From Antedon mediterranea (lineage: Eukaryota > Animalia > Echinodermata), in the NCBI RefSeq assembly GCF_964355755.1, contig NC_092674.1, forward strand, positions 19,282,001 through 19,346,000: a stretch of 64,000 nt of DNA. The letters run 5' to 3'. Numbering within the stretch: position 1 is the first letter of the stretch; every line of letters starts with the position of its first letter. This document shows positions 40,401 through 53,606 of this stretch, piece after piece. The notes beneath the pieces are model-generated. The model saw nothing but the letters and a program-made list of their open reading frames with translations, made no database searches and had not been told where the DNA came from. The translations under genes were made by a program, and so were the position numbers.

Positions 40401-43400
40401 AGTAATTTTATTTAAGAAACAATTGTTTTGAAGGCCTTTTGACAATCGCAAAAAATCAAACTGAACTAAACATGCCAAGAAAATCAATACATTGTACATG
40501 CAGACTCCAACACTTTACTACCATAAAACTAAAAATAATAATACCGAAAGATACCAAATAATTGCACCCGCCAATGTTAAAACGATGCACTCGTAAAAAA
40601 TACAAAACATTTCAAACGTTGTAAAACTAGGGAAATGGACATCTAAAAAAATGTTTTATAGGCTTATATAGATGTATGGAAACTCTAGTATTTGTATTAG
40701 TCGATTTATCAATGAATGTGGAGGGTTGGGTGGGTGTGGGTGGGTGTGGGTGTGTGGGGGGTGTGTGGGGGTGTGTGCGAACTATTTGTTAATGTAAATA
40801 ACAATTATATCTTATATATTTTTTAATAGGTTTGTTCAATACAACCCTAACCTGAAAAAAATATCTACTGGGACTTTCAAAAACATAATAACCGGAAGCA
40901 TGTAGGTATATTTCTATATTATGTATTTGTACTGTCATATTATATTTTTGTACTGTCAAAATGGAAAAGAAAAATATACTCTTAACAGAGAGATACTATT
41001 TTTTAGAATATTTATTGAGAAGATTTTTATCTTCAAAGACCCAAAAGCCCACTGCAAGTCAACCATTAAAAAGCAATGATATTAGTACATAATTATATTG
41101 ATCTAACCAACGAAAAATATCTGAAATCTATGATTTTGATCATAAATTTACTTTTAAATTGTTCGTAAAAAATGTTATAGTATTCTAAACATCTTAAGCC
41201 AACTAATGTAAAATCAAACAGCAATGGATGTCATCCAGCTTGTTAAAATGCAGTAAACGCAAACATCAATTATACAAAAAAGATATCCAATCCCGAAGCC
41301 CTCAACGTTAAGCTTGAATACAATCAATATAATAATTATTATTTTTAACAAGCTTTGTCCAACTACAAATAAAGAAATATTATACATCTAAAATCTAAAA
41401 ACAATTGAAGGCATATACGTCGTCCGATATAAATTCAGTCATACACACTGGAAGGAAACATACTAAAAATCCACACTGTATTATTTGTTGATGCAGTTAA
41501 TTGGTATGAGCATTGCTAACTTAATTCCTCCTGTTATAAAGATGCTTTATTTATTATGTCTGCTCCAGATTTATTCTTTTTAAATCCTGTAACAGAACAA
41601 CAAATATTTTAAATGTAAATTTTAAGAAGGGTAGCCATGATTTCGTTACACCACATTTATCAATAAATCAATCAAATAAACATTCATTTCTTTCATTTTC
41701 AAATTAACATTAATACAATAATATACATTCTGAGATTTTCTTTTTTAGATTTATAATAAGTCATGTTGTATAAAAAGGTGAAATTATATAAAAAATGAAA
41801 GAGGCAAAAAATCCCCAGAAGTATGAATCAATTATTAGAAATGTTCTTTTTTCCAAACAAAAAATTAGTATATAAACTAACCTTGACAGTTTCGCTGTCT
41901 TCAGAAGTAATGACGATCTATTACTTAACAGATTGACCTCTAGAGGGCCAATTCTGTATTATTATCATCAAAACCAACTCTCTGCGTGTATGAAGTGAAA
42001 TCTATAGTAATAATTTTCTTAGTCAGTTCGGTTGGGTTTCTCAATGTATTCTCGGCGGTAGATAGGCTCGCGCTAATGTTTAAATCTAAAGCGTTCTCAA
42101 AACACTTCGTCTCGGTTGATGTTGTTTTGTCTTCTTCGTATCCAAATTGCCTTTTTTATGCGTCTTCTGTAGGTACCTGATTCTCTGTCAATAATTGTAT
42201 GCGATGTCTTAACTACTCTACAACTACTCATCAAACTTAAATAAGTATAGAATAGAAAAATTACACTCCATTCCGAGCCCCATCTGATTCATTATTAGAA
42301 ACAACCTGCTCTAAACAAGGTCCAAATAACAATATTTATGTTTAATTATTATCAAAACCAACTCTCTGCTTCTATGCTTGATGTTCGAATATTTTGATAC
42401 AACCCATGATTACAACTTAAGAAGTATGTTTATGTTCCTGTGGTTAGATTCAGAAAGGTCATTTAATTATCACTGTAGCATGTCCGCATTTTGTGGAATA
42501 GACTATTTACATATTGTAAAGGAAAATTTAAAAACATTTTATTTGTCTCTTTACCATAATTAATTTATAAAATATTTGTATTTGCATTTAATTTAATTTA
42601 ATTTTGTTGTCATTTTTTCGTGGTAAAAAAGTAGAAAATTTTGTTCTCTGAAAGGCAATCGAGTTATGTGCATATTTATGACGTTTTTGCAAAATTATGC
42701 ATAATAGTGTTTACTTTATTAAGAAACATAAATCACAGTCCATGTTCTTTCTAAATTTTGCATGCAGTTTAACTTCAAATGTGTTTATGATAATTCGACA
42801 GTTACGGTTTTTAAATTCTATAAGAACTTTTGTAATAATGTTTTCCTAGATTTTTATTGGGAAACAGTCTGCAGAGCATACCAGCAAGAGCTTTTCAAGG
42901 CAAATATTTTACCGAGATGTAAGTATTTTTGTTTCCTAACTGCTCAGCTAAACATCGAACTATGAATTAGCTTTTGTCAGATTGGTTAATATTGCTCTTT
43001 TGTAAATTAAATCAAATTAGGCCTAATTTACTATCGATAGTAATTTGAAAAGATTGTTGAGCAACTAATGTTGGTTATTCCATGCAAAGTGGTCTTACAA
43101 GTTATTCATATATTTTTTCCAGCTCACTCAAAGAAAACCAAATTCGATTTATAGATAAGGATGCCTTCGTTGCTGTGGACTATGTCCATAGACTGTGAGT
43201 TAAGAGTATGCGTAAAACAATGCTACAAAAAGGCATTTTATTTGTATAGTATATAAACGGTAATGCAAAAGAAAATTTTTGGTTATTCAGTTTTTTAGTT
43301 CTATTGTCTCACTTCTCTACAGTTATACATATTTAGTATGGTCATGTAAACCAGAATTTGATATAGATATCATTATAATCTTAATAATAGTTATTATTCA

Positions 43401-46400
43401 TTATAATTATTATAATGTCTTAAATGAATGAAAATCCATTATTACAGTAAATCTAATGATTCTTATTCCTCTTTAATCAATAATTTATGTAGACGGCTTT
43501 CAAACAACAAACTTACGGAACTACCAAACATTGTTAACTTACGAATAGAATATATACTGTGAGTGTTTATGTTCTTACTCTTTTGTTGGTAACTTATAAT
43601 CTTGACTGGTGGTAGCACATGCAATACAATTTGTATTCAATGTGGAATATTGCTTTAAACTAAAAACAAATTACAAAACTGGTATCTCGTACGTTTGATC
43701 TTGTAGCCTACAGCATAGTAACTTATACTGTATGTACACATTATTTATTTGGTACATAAAATAATTATAGTACCGTATTTAAAATGACCCTTTTTATTTA
43801 CCTGATACACATTTAGGAACCATTCGGTAAATTAACTCATTTTAAAACGACTAAGATGAACAAATCTTTGTGAATGTCATTGTCACAGATATTATCCGTT
43901 AAGTTGATTTATTTCCAATACATCACCTAAAAGAGTTTAGGCCTACTATAATATAATAAAAGATAAAGGCGAAATAATTTAACATTAGTTTTAGTACATT
44001 AAAAGCATTGAAAGCAATTGCTTCTACAGAATTCATCAACAACAAAAAAGTCCGTGATTAACTATTTAACGCCCTCTTCGTAATGTTACGTTCCTCTTCC
44101 AAACTTTTTACAAATACATTACTTATAGGTCAAGAATAAGTATCTTAAATGTAATATAAATTGAGAATCATTTTGCAGTTCTGATAAAATTACTCTGTGA
44201 GGATTTCAATCCATCATACTGATAGTTTTATATCGAAAGGTTGAAAAAAAAACACTGCCAGTTTAAAGGGGGGTTCCGGGTTTAAAATGAATAGTAAAAA
44301 ATGTAAAATATATTTGTTTGTCTCTTGAACGGTAAAAGTTTCAATTTATATAAGCGCCCAGTGAAGCAGAACGAAGGCTGTGAAATCAGGCCAGATTACA
44401 AGTGCAGCTACGGCAAAATCACACTGTGGTTACAAAATAGGAAATTCGTGAAATGGTCCGTCTTCCGACGACTCGTTATCATTAACCATATCAATTACTT
44501 TTGTAAAATTATACTTATCTGATGTAATTTTAGTCGGTCTTCCCATTTATAAAGTCAATTTTTTTATGAAAATTCATCAAAATAGTGAAAAAATAGATAT
44601 GTTTGCACTTTACGTTTGCCGATTTTCGCCCCGAATTAGGGAAAAATCAAAATCAATGAAGCGTAACGTATACTGTACATTCCTGCTGAGGATCGGATCG
44701 AGCGAGACGACGATACACGTGCTCTCTCTGCTGCCCATGCCTGGCATCGTCACGTGATAAGCAGATACAACAATACCAAACTGGTCGGGTCGAGTATACC
44801 CCGTCTATAATCACAACATGAACGATATACAGTATTTGATTGAAGGTCAACTCGACCTAACGGCAGGCCCGTATCCAGGGGGGGTGCGTTGGGTGCAGAC
44901 GCACCCCCCCCCCCCAAGTCCCAAAAGGTCCACTATTTCCTCGGTTGGTATTTTTTCTTGTCTTGTTTAACTAAAGACAATATCATTATATATATACAAA
45001 ATTTACATTATCAATGGTATACAAACAAAAATATGCTAATATAAAATGAAAAAATACCGGTAATTAAATTACGGAATCTGAACTGACTACAAACTCGATG
45101 TAAAACATGCGCAGTCGATCATGTGACGACAAGCAATAGCTTAGCGCTTCGTGTACGCGGTACGCGGTAAAGTGTTTGCTGGTGAAATACAACTTAACGT
45201 CAGGGAACACGTGTACTTTTTGTCGGGGAATATAGTATACAGTAAAAAGCGTTCGCGTTCACTTCGTAGCTAGCTTCAGCGCCTAGAAAACCGCGACGTT
45301 TCATTGACCGTGAGAGTACGTCAGAGTGATATTATGCACTTTATATGCATTCATTATTGCCAGCGATCTAACTTACTACTAAACAATAGCTAGGTACGCA
45401 CTTGTCTGGCGGTATCCCTTTGTACGAATCGTTCAACGTTGGGTCGAGACGCGTGATATCAAGTTTCATCCAGGGACCAAAATGTGTAATGTGTTATTTT
45501 CCAGGCGAAGTTTACCGACGGTTACGTCGTGTACTGCGTCGACGTACGCTACACTACAGCAAAAACGAATTATGTTAATTGTTCGTTTGTTCACCAATTT
45601 TTTAATTTACAAGTAACCTTCGGGTACCGTGGGGCACCTAAAATAAAATTTTCATCCATTAATAAACAAAAAAACATGCCATTTTCGCTTAGTTATTAGC
45701 TATAGTTATTACATTTTCAATATCCTGTATGTCATGAATTTCTCACCACTCGGAAGTCCAGATGGTACGCATGCATACACCTGGAAGGAATAAACTTTTT
45801 CCCCCCGACTGAAAAAGGTCTACGCTTGCGTTTTTTAAGCCTCTAGGCCTGATGTTTCCAAAGTATAAAATGCAATTTTTTGAAGACCTGCAGCTCTAGT
45901 TTTAAACATTTTCTTAGCTCAGCCCCAACAATAAAGCTGGTCATATTTCGAAGAACAAGAAGTACATTTTCCGGGACCTAACATCTCTATTTTTCAAACA
46001 TTTCTTAGCTCAGTCACAACCCATGATAGGGACTTATATATTTTTTTTCATGTTTTGAAGTATAATAAGTCCAATTTCCGGGACCTCCAACTCTATTTTT
46101 CAAAATTTTCTTTGAACTTTTATTTTTTAAATTGAAAAATATGGATTGAAACAGTCATCGCGCATCGTTTTTTTGCACGCAGTATTTTATTTATGCATTA
46201 TAAAAAATTGAAAAAATGGCTACCCTAAATCTGATTAAAAAGACCTCAAATGACGCTAGAACGCGTTGCTTCCGGGGGCTTCGCCCCCCTGGACCCCCAC
46301 CGGGGCCCTTGGCGGCCCCTGGCCCTCAGCCTAGTGATGCTCGCTTCGCTCGCATAGCCCCCTCGTCGGGGAATGTAGCCCCCGCGTCGGGAAGATCCTG

Positions 46401-49400
46401 GCGCCACCCCTGCTGAGTTGGCCTCATCATGAAAGCGTTAAGTTCTGGTGTCCATCGTTCAACTAGCCCAGGCCACAACAGAGAGTCTTACATCAGTCTT
46501 TGGCCTTGGCGGCCCCCTGGCCCCCAGCCATTGTTGCTCGCTTCGCTCGCACCCCCCCATTATAAATGCTGCATACGGGCCTGCTAACGGAATGGTATAG
46601 ATAATATAGCTCGAATGAGAGAGTTGGAATATTTGTGTAGTGCAGCCTATAGTAAAAGGCCTGGTAGTATCAATTCGCATAGGGTCTACTACACTAGCTA
46701 GCTCAATTTTTAACTGGGCCGGATCGGCTAGGTCTCCTTCCTACTACCTGGTCTACTTGCTTGATGCATGAGTATCCGCTTTTTTGGAGAGTAAACTAAG
46801 CCTATTTTATTTTAGACGATCGGGACACCATACGTGTGGACGGCGATCGGACCTTGTTTTGCTTCAATATTTACAGCCGATTTTGTAGAACGTTTTAGGT
46901 TTAGATTGTTTATGAGTTTGGTTGATAGGATGGGTTTTGTTATTTATGGGCCAATCGTCTAGTAGTAGGCTAGCTAGGGCTATGGGCCCCACTGTTTTAA
47001 CGTAGCCATCGCGGCATGGAATCCCTAGTCAGAATGGCTCTCGCCCATTAGGCTAGGCCTCGAGTAGTATTGTACGTGAAGCCGATAATACGATCTGTAC
47101 TATAGAGGTATAAAAATAGTATAATTTATGACTCCGTAATCTGTACTAAATTTTGTATAAATATATGCTACTACTGTTATTATTACACTTTAGGCCTAGC
47201 TTAGAAAATCTACAAAAAATGTATTTCACAATGATCGGGTGGTCGTCGTTTGACAGGGGAGAGAGATGTAAATCAGTTGACAAAGACAACGTACATGACG
47301 TCGCGAGTTTGGAATCCACTGGTGACGTGATTTTGTGAATATCTCATGAATATTAATGAGCTTCCCTAAGCTGCTGAAAAACAGACTTTCCATGAATTTA
47401 CCCTAAAATGTATATGAAATTTAATTTTTTTAATTTCTCGTTATTACTTCTTCATTCTGACATGTCTATATTGTTATAATATTTTTTATTTAATAAATAA
47501 ACGATATTTAAAAGCAATTTTAAACCCAGAATCCCCCTTTAATATTATTTGTAATGTAATTGTTTTCCTTTTCTCTCTGGATCTATGCCTAAATGTGTCA
47601 CTTTGTGTCAGTATTATGACAATAATTACCACATACAGTAGTTACGTATTATAGGTAATACATTATTTTGCCACCAACTTACGACTGTGAATCTTCTAGA
47701 GATTTAAGCTGGAACAATCTGACATCTTTAGAAGACGGCCGGATATCTACAGTTGAGAACATTATTACACAACAATAATATTCAACACATTTCCAAAAAC
47801 ATCTTTTCTGATATGGCATCCCTTGAGAAGCTGTAAGTATAAGCCTATATATCAAGTCTAGTCGATTCGATTGCCGAACGGATAAGAAAGTCACAGCGAC
47901 AATGTCGGCGGCATATGTTCAAGACTCCCCTTCACCAAAATACTGGTGGTGGAAAACGTCTTCTCAGATATGGATTTAAAACGTATACATATGTTGCTCA
48001 TAAACCATAATCTAAACAAGTTATTAGGCCTTAACAGGTTCATTTAAAAAAAATCAAGTTTTAGTCTTCAAAGTTATCTAAAATAATACTTAATCATAAT
48101 ATTATTTTTCAGAATGCTTATGGGAAACAAAATTACCTATATAGAAGAAGGGGCATTTAGTGGAACTAATCTTCAGTTTCTGTAAGTTAATTACAATATT
48201 GATCCCGTGTACATAATAGTGCACGTTAAATAACTTGCAACAATATTAAACACAACAAAAAATATCCGTGTTTTTTTTAAAAAGATTTTAACAGAAAGTG
48301 TTATATACTGCATGCAGCCTTTATATGTTTTAAAGCAAACGAGATACGTTGAAATGTCACAACTCGAACATTTTAAGAAAAATAAATGCAATTTTGACGT
48401 AAAACGAGCAAAAAGGTGTTTTTAATTGTTCTACTGTACATATCAGAGGATGATCATGACGATGATGATGACGCCATTGAACTTAATTAAATGATAAAGT
48501 CGTTCATTTTTGTTATCGTCGTTTACAATTGTGTAGGCCTATTTTTTTATAATGTGTTAACTATTTTTTTTCTCCAGCTTCCTTTATGGGAATGGAATTA
48601 CTAACATTACGTACCAAACATTAAAAACCAATGGTAAAACGCTGAAATACATGTGAGATTTGTTACTATTCTAAAATAAGTAAAATAATACATTTTCGAT
48701 CTGTGTTATACATGTACGTTTTAATTAATTCAAAACTTAACCGAAACAAAGATATTTTATACTAATAAGTTTTTTTTTTCAGATATCTATTTGACAATAA
48801 ATTAGAGAAGATTGGGGAAAATGCTTTGTCACATATGACAGAAAATGGAACAATGTATGTTGATAGGAAAAATTAAATAAACAAACTCTCATTATTTCAT
48901 AACTGTATTGTTTATTATCCAAAACTATTAATATCATTATTTTCCATTATGTCAATGAACTCGCATGCACTTAATACAACCTTATCTTTATTTAGATATC
49001 TGAACTGCGGTGGACTACAATCACTTCCGAATGGTATAGAAAAACATATAAAAACGTAAACACATTTTTAATTACTATTTTGTCTTTTACACACATCGAC
49101 AACAAGAATATGATAATTATTGTAATCGAAACTATTGTTAATTTATTTTAGAAATTGTGAAGACACATATTATTGGATAGCCCATCGCCTCAAAACAATA
49201 AGTTACACATTCTTTATATGTTCACAGGTTTTATCTATATATAAATTTACGTAAGGGCAAAATTCGGTTAATCGCGCGTTACTTCTAGAAGATTTATTAT
49301 AAGGTATATAAAGTCGGTTGGTACTTTCGGTACTGATTTTAACCACTAAATGTAATCCTGTTTACTAATTAAGTTATTTGTTTGTTACTTTATTCCCTTT

Positions 49401-52400
49401 TACAAAAAACATAAACATACATAAATAATCATTACAAAACAAAAGAATAGAAAGAGGGAATCACAGCTTATAAGTAGAAACCACCTATTACAAAACAGTA
49501 TATATATAAATAGAAATATGAAAAAAGACACAAGGGCATAGGCAAACAAAATGTGACTTTAAAAAAAATGCAAACAATCTTTTTTTTTATCTTAACAACA
49601 AAAAGATAGTTTTCTCAGACAGTAATATGTAATTGTTCAGTTTTATTTATTAAAAAAAGAGAGACATAAACAACAAAATACCTGTTTTATTCAGAGTATT
49701 GCAAAAGTAATTTAATTTTGTATTTTATTTTAAAAGTTATAGATTCTTATGTAACTTACGAGTATCCGGTATTTCACGCCTAAGTTCAACCCCTTTACAG
49801 ACTAAATTAAACGCATTGTGTTATAAAATGAATGAATACATGAATGAGGCCGTTATTTGGTTGTTTTCATTTCTTGAAATACGTCCATCTTCATTTGATA
49901 TTACTTGATTTCCAATTTCTGAGTTCAATTCTTTTCCAAAAGTCAATCTAATTTTAGCCATTATTTACTTTTATTTCACCCTAAACATGCGCTTTCAGAT
50001 CGAAGAGCAGAGAGTCACTAAATAGTTTTTATATAGCAATAACATTTACAATACAACAGTAACAAACAAGAAGTAATTAATGAATATCTTTAAATAAGCT
50101 TTAAATTAATAAAGATTCGCTGTAGTTAGTGACGTACTCTAAGATAGGGTATGCTGTGGTTAACAACGCGAGTACATGTGAACTCTCTCTTATATAGTTT
50201 AAACGCATTAGGCTCATCCTGATGAGATATAAATTTAGACAATTTACTGCGAACTTTTGCATCTTATCAGTTATAGTACCTATGTTTTATACTAAGACAA
50301 TAATTGTTCAATAGTTATTTTTATAATGTTTTGTTTTACTAGTATTTGTGTTACTGATCATACGGACATCAATATAGACATTGTTGTAGATCTATTAAGG
50401 TATATTGATAAAGGTAGTGGGATGACGTGTAATTCAGAAACGAGAACTTACAGTCCATGCGAAAAGGGGACATACAAAATATTGTCGACCATGCATACAC
50501 CATGTACAAAGTGCCCTCCAGGTAATTGATGGTATTGATTAACTATTTAAATTATTTTATGTCCATTATTTTGAATTTCATCTAACACATAAACGATTTT
50601 ATCTAAATTGTTGTTAGCAAACATTTTATTTCGTCGTTGCAGGTGGCTTCTATCAAGATAAACACGGAGTCATAGGAAGGATTGATTATAGAGAAACCTG
50701 TCAACAATGTCCTATTGGAAGTTTTTCAGATAATGCAGGAGCGGCGTCTATCGCGGATTGCCAGACGTGTCCATCTGGAACCAATACAAGTACATTTGCT
50801 AATCTAAATGCTTGTTATTGCCTCGACAAGTTCCATAGAACTGATCGATTTGGTCCATGCATGCCTTGTCCGGAGGGCGTTACATGCAATGGAGGATATC
50901 TGAATCTAACACGTGGATACTGGTGGTCCTGGGATTTCCCTGATAATTGTATTGTAGATGGAGAACAAAACAAAAGATCTTGTTTATCGGCGTACAACAC
51001 ATTTATAATTAATTTAAAAAACGACAAATTTCCAATTGACGATCCAAACAAACTAAAATATGCTGTATACAAAGGTCCATTACCACAAATTCACCTGTGT
51101 CCACTGGGAAATAATAGTTGTAGCATTGGATTGGAATTGAATGACACTTGTGCTAAAGGATATACTGGTTGGCTTTGTGCGGCATGTTCAAAAGGATATT
51201 ATCAGTTATTTAACGAATGTCACAAATGCCAAAGCCCTCTCCTAACTGTTGTCATATTCATTTGTGTTATTTTTGTAACGTTTGGAGTTATTTGTCTCAT
51301 TTGGAAATTACAACAAAAGAGTACCGACCACCACCGACAAACAAAACTAGATTCATTTGTGACATATCTAAAAATTGCTATAAACTTCTATCAGATTTTA
51401 GGTATACTGTCAGAAGTAACTGAAATTCACTGGCCTAAAAACTATGAATATGCTAGTAGAATACTTGAGTATTTTGACGTCATAAGATATATTAGTATGC
51501 TAAGCCCAAGATGTTTACTTGAATCTTGGAATGCATATTCGTCACTTCAAGTTGCTATTTGCACACCTGTTTTAATAGTAATAACTATGTCCGCCATTTA
51601 CCTTATGTTTTATACGTGGAATAAGTACCATGGGGTAATAACTGAGAGCCGCACACGTGACAAATGTATCATTGTGTCAATGCTACTTCTTTACCTTACA
51701 TATGCAACCACATGTGCAGACATCATGGCGGTTGGACCATGGTCAATTCGTTTATATAACATTACCGAAGATGGTAATGTCAGTAAGACAGTACTAACGT
51801 CAGACTACTCGATTGATCTGGACCAAAATCATGGATCTACATATCAAATCAACAAAACACTTGTTTACATTTCTCTAACATACATCATAGGCTTCCCATT
51901 GGTCATAGTTCTTATGCTATACTGTCTACATGTACATTGTGATCAGGAAGAAAAAAAACAGGATCAAGGAGGACGGATGATTGGTGTGAGGTTCTTTTGT
52001 GGACAATACAAAAACAGATTTTGGTTTTGGGAATCATTTGAGCTGTACAACAAGGCTCTGTTGGCACTCATTGCCAACTTAAAAGATGACGTGTCTTCAA
52101 GTTTGTCATACTCTTTGTTTTTTACTGTCATCTTTATTGTATTGCATTTGTACCTTCAACCAATGAAAGAGAAATCCGAGCAGAGATTCCAATTGTTGAC
52201 TCTTGTCTTTATCGTTGTCAATCTATCCATTGGGGCGATCGTAAACGTGGATCAAAATGTTAATGAAGATGACGTCATTGGTTTACTACACAGGTTAACT
52301 CCCGTTATTCTAATTATGCTGAATGTTTCTATCATGCTGGTCGTAATAGGTAAGGTATTTATCGATGGTCTACAATGGATATATAGGCCTATCAAACCAT

Positions 52401-52604
52401 CAGATTTAGCCAACTTCTTATAACACAAATAGTTTTTGAGTACTTTTATTAAATTATTTTATTCTCTCGTTTTCAGTTGATTTTTTGAAGAAACTTAAAA
52501 CAGACTGTTGTCGACGTCAGTTTAGTGGGGCACTGCTTCTTCAGTTCGATGATGAAAATGAGCTAGAAGAATCACACATTGAGGAAAACAATGTTATAAT
52601 ATAG
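34422..52604 (+). CDS. LRR + Cys-rich repeat + multi-pass (~9 TM) receptor-like gene, 17 exons, about 1060 aa if exon 10 is repaired (possible pseudogene)
   Basis: Exon 1 34422-34627 (signal peptide + LRRNT). Phase-2 LRR exons 36469-36540, 37111-37170, 37312-37380, 38332-38403, 40830-40901, 42850-42918, 43123-43194, 43493-43558, 47700-47832 (frameshifted), 48113-48181, 48578-48652, 48783-48854, 48996-49055. Then 50343-50521, 50643-52349 and 52477-52604. All introns GT-AG. Confidence 0.85.
34882..36112. mobile_element. Non-autonomous MULE/foldback-like element with ~350-bp TIRs
   Basis: 34882-~35230 is the reverse complement of ~35745-36112. Perfect 9-bp TSD TGCCCGGAT (34873-81 / 36113-21). 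Confidence 0.88.
38455..38680. repeat. Low-complexity trinucleotide tract (CTA/CTG/CCA); similar tract at 39495-39620
   Basis: Direct reading; it explains the overlapping poly-A/T/S/G ORFs. Confidence 0.85.
38760..39440 (+). mobile_element. Degenerate CR1/L2-group LINE RT fragment
   Basis: About 38992-39135 reads SGIVPNLIKIAKVIQIFKK..YRPISLLSVFSKIIEKLMY. 38677-38925 is also duplicated at about 41411-41660. Confidence 0.75.
40085..40235 (-). repeat. Dispersed tRNA-derived repeat, copy 3
   Basis: gccgcagtggtctaatggttaggacagctgcatatcaagcaaaatgtccgggttcccattctc is tRNA-like with a broken T-loop. Confidence 0.6.
41875..42230 (-). mobile_element. Penelope-like element remnant (GIY-YIG C-terminus)
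   Basis: The minus strand reads IIDRESGTYRRRIKKAIWIRRRQNNINRDE, matching the PLE I.D.E..R.IKEAI.I...NRD motif. Confidence 0.6.
44267..47538. mobile_element. Non-autonomous Kolobok-like DNA transposon
   Basis: TIRs agggggg.ttc(c/t)gggtttaaaat at both ends, with TTAA flanks at 44263-66 and 47539-42. No transposase seen. Confidence 0.8.
44864..46583. mobile_element. Non-autonomous hAT/P-like DNA transposon nested in the Kolobok element
   Basis: TIR CAGGCCCGTAT(C/G)CAG at both ends, flanked by the 7-bp duplication CTAACGG. Confidence 0.75.
50643..52349 (+). CDS. Large exon encoding CxxCPxG repeats, a CxxGYxGxLCxxC module and the multi-pass membrane domain
   Basis: Open from the acceptor at 50642 through ORF 50861..52423, with donor G|GTAAGG at 52350. 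About 9 hydrophobic segments; motifs KIAINFYQI, Y...FWFWE...Y.K and LQPM. Confidence 0.9.
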
Positions 52605-53606
52605 CTTTAGTTTTTATATTAAGGAAATGATTACATTATCACTCTTGTTCTTATATTTCTTGTTCTGGTTTTGTTGTTGTAACAACAAAACCCTCCTGTT
52701 ATTGGCGAATTTCTTTTGCTGTTGGTAGGATTTAGAAATAAATAAAAATATTTGTTAAAGAAAGTGATGAATAAGGAATGACATATATTCAAATTTTGGA
52801 CAGTTTTTGTTTTGTGATATTGATAAATTTATGTTTGTTTTTAAGTTAGACTAGATTGAAAAATATCTTGTTGAGTGTATACATCGATCAATTAATCTAG
52901 TGGGGAAAGTGTCACCTGGTTGAGACTAGAACGCTTAACCACTAAATAGATATGGCATTTGTTACACATGTAGAATTTCAAATAGTTTTTCACAGTTGGA
53001 TTAATAAATAATTATTTGTGAAAACAAGAATGTAAATAAAAATGAGTAAATTGAGAAAAGGTTGAAACGTCTGGAAACATTGCATTTTGTATGTGTATGC
53101 GTGTACATGTATGTATAGACATACATTTGTATAAATGATTATTATTTGATTGTATGCCTAAATACCTGCCTTCTTATAATACAGGCAATTAATCAGATGA
53201 TAGAAAGAACCATTTGTAAACAAAGTATTTATATAATTATTGTACTTACAAAACACCATCATGTAAATTAAACTATTTTTAAATGAGTAATATGCATTAT
53301 TAAGAGTTGTAGCTTCCTATAATTAAACAAGATATAGATATTCGGCGAATTGTTTAATAATATTGTTTGATTGATTTCATTAAAAAAAATGTATAGAAGT
53401 GTATGACTAACAGTTATTTAATATTTGTTATTAGTTCATTTTAAGTTTTTGTATTGTTTGTTTAGCTTCTTATACAGAAAATACATCAGAATTGTTCTTT
53501 TTTTGGAAATTAAGCCAAGTACGTAATATTTTGAACAATTTTCTACAAAAACTACTTTAAAATTGGCGTTTTAGTGGAAAGGGATTTTTTTTTCAATTCT
53601 GTGTAT

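Noticed and set aside
49152-49250. Additional in-frame 99-nt exon of the LRR gene
   Set aside because: It has no LRR pattern, and its 3' end lies in a dispersed repeat also present at about 11990-12105.
50210-50245. Hammerhead ribozyme at CTGATGAG
   Set aside because: No GAAA core or stems follow.
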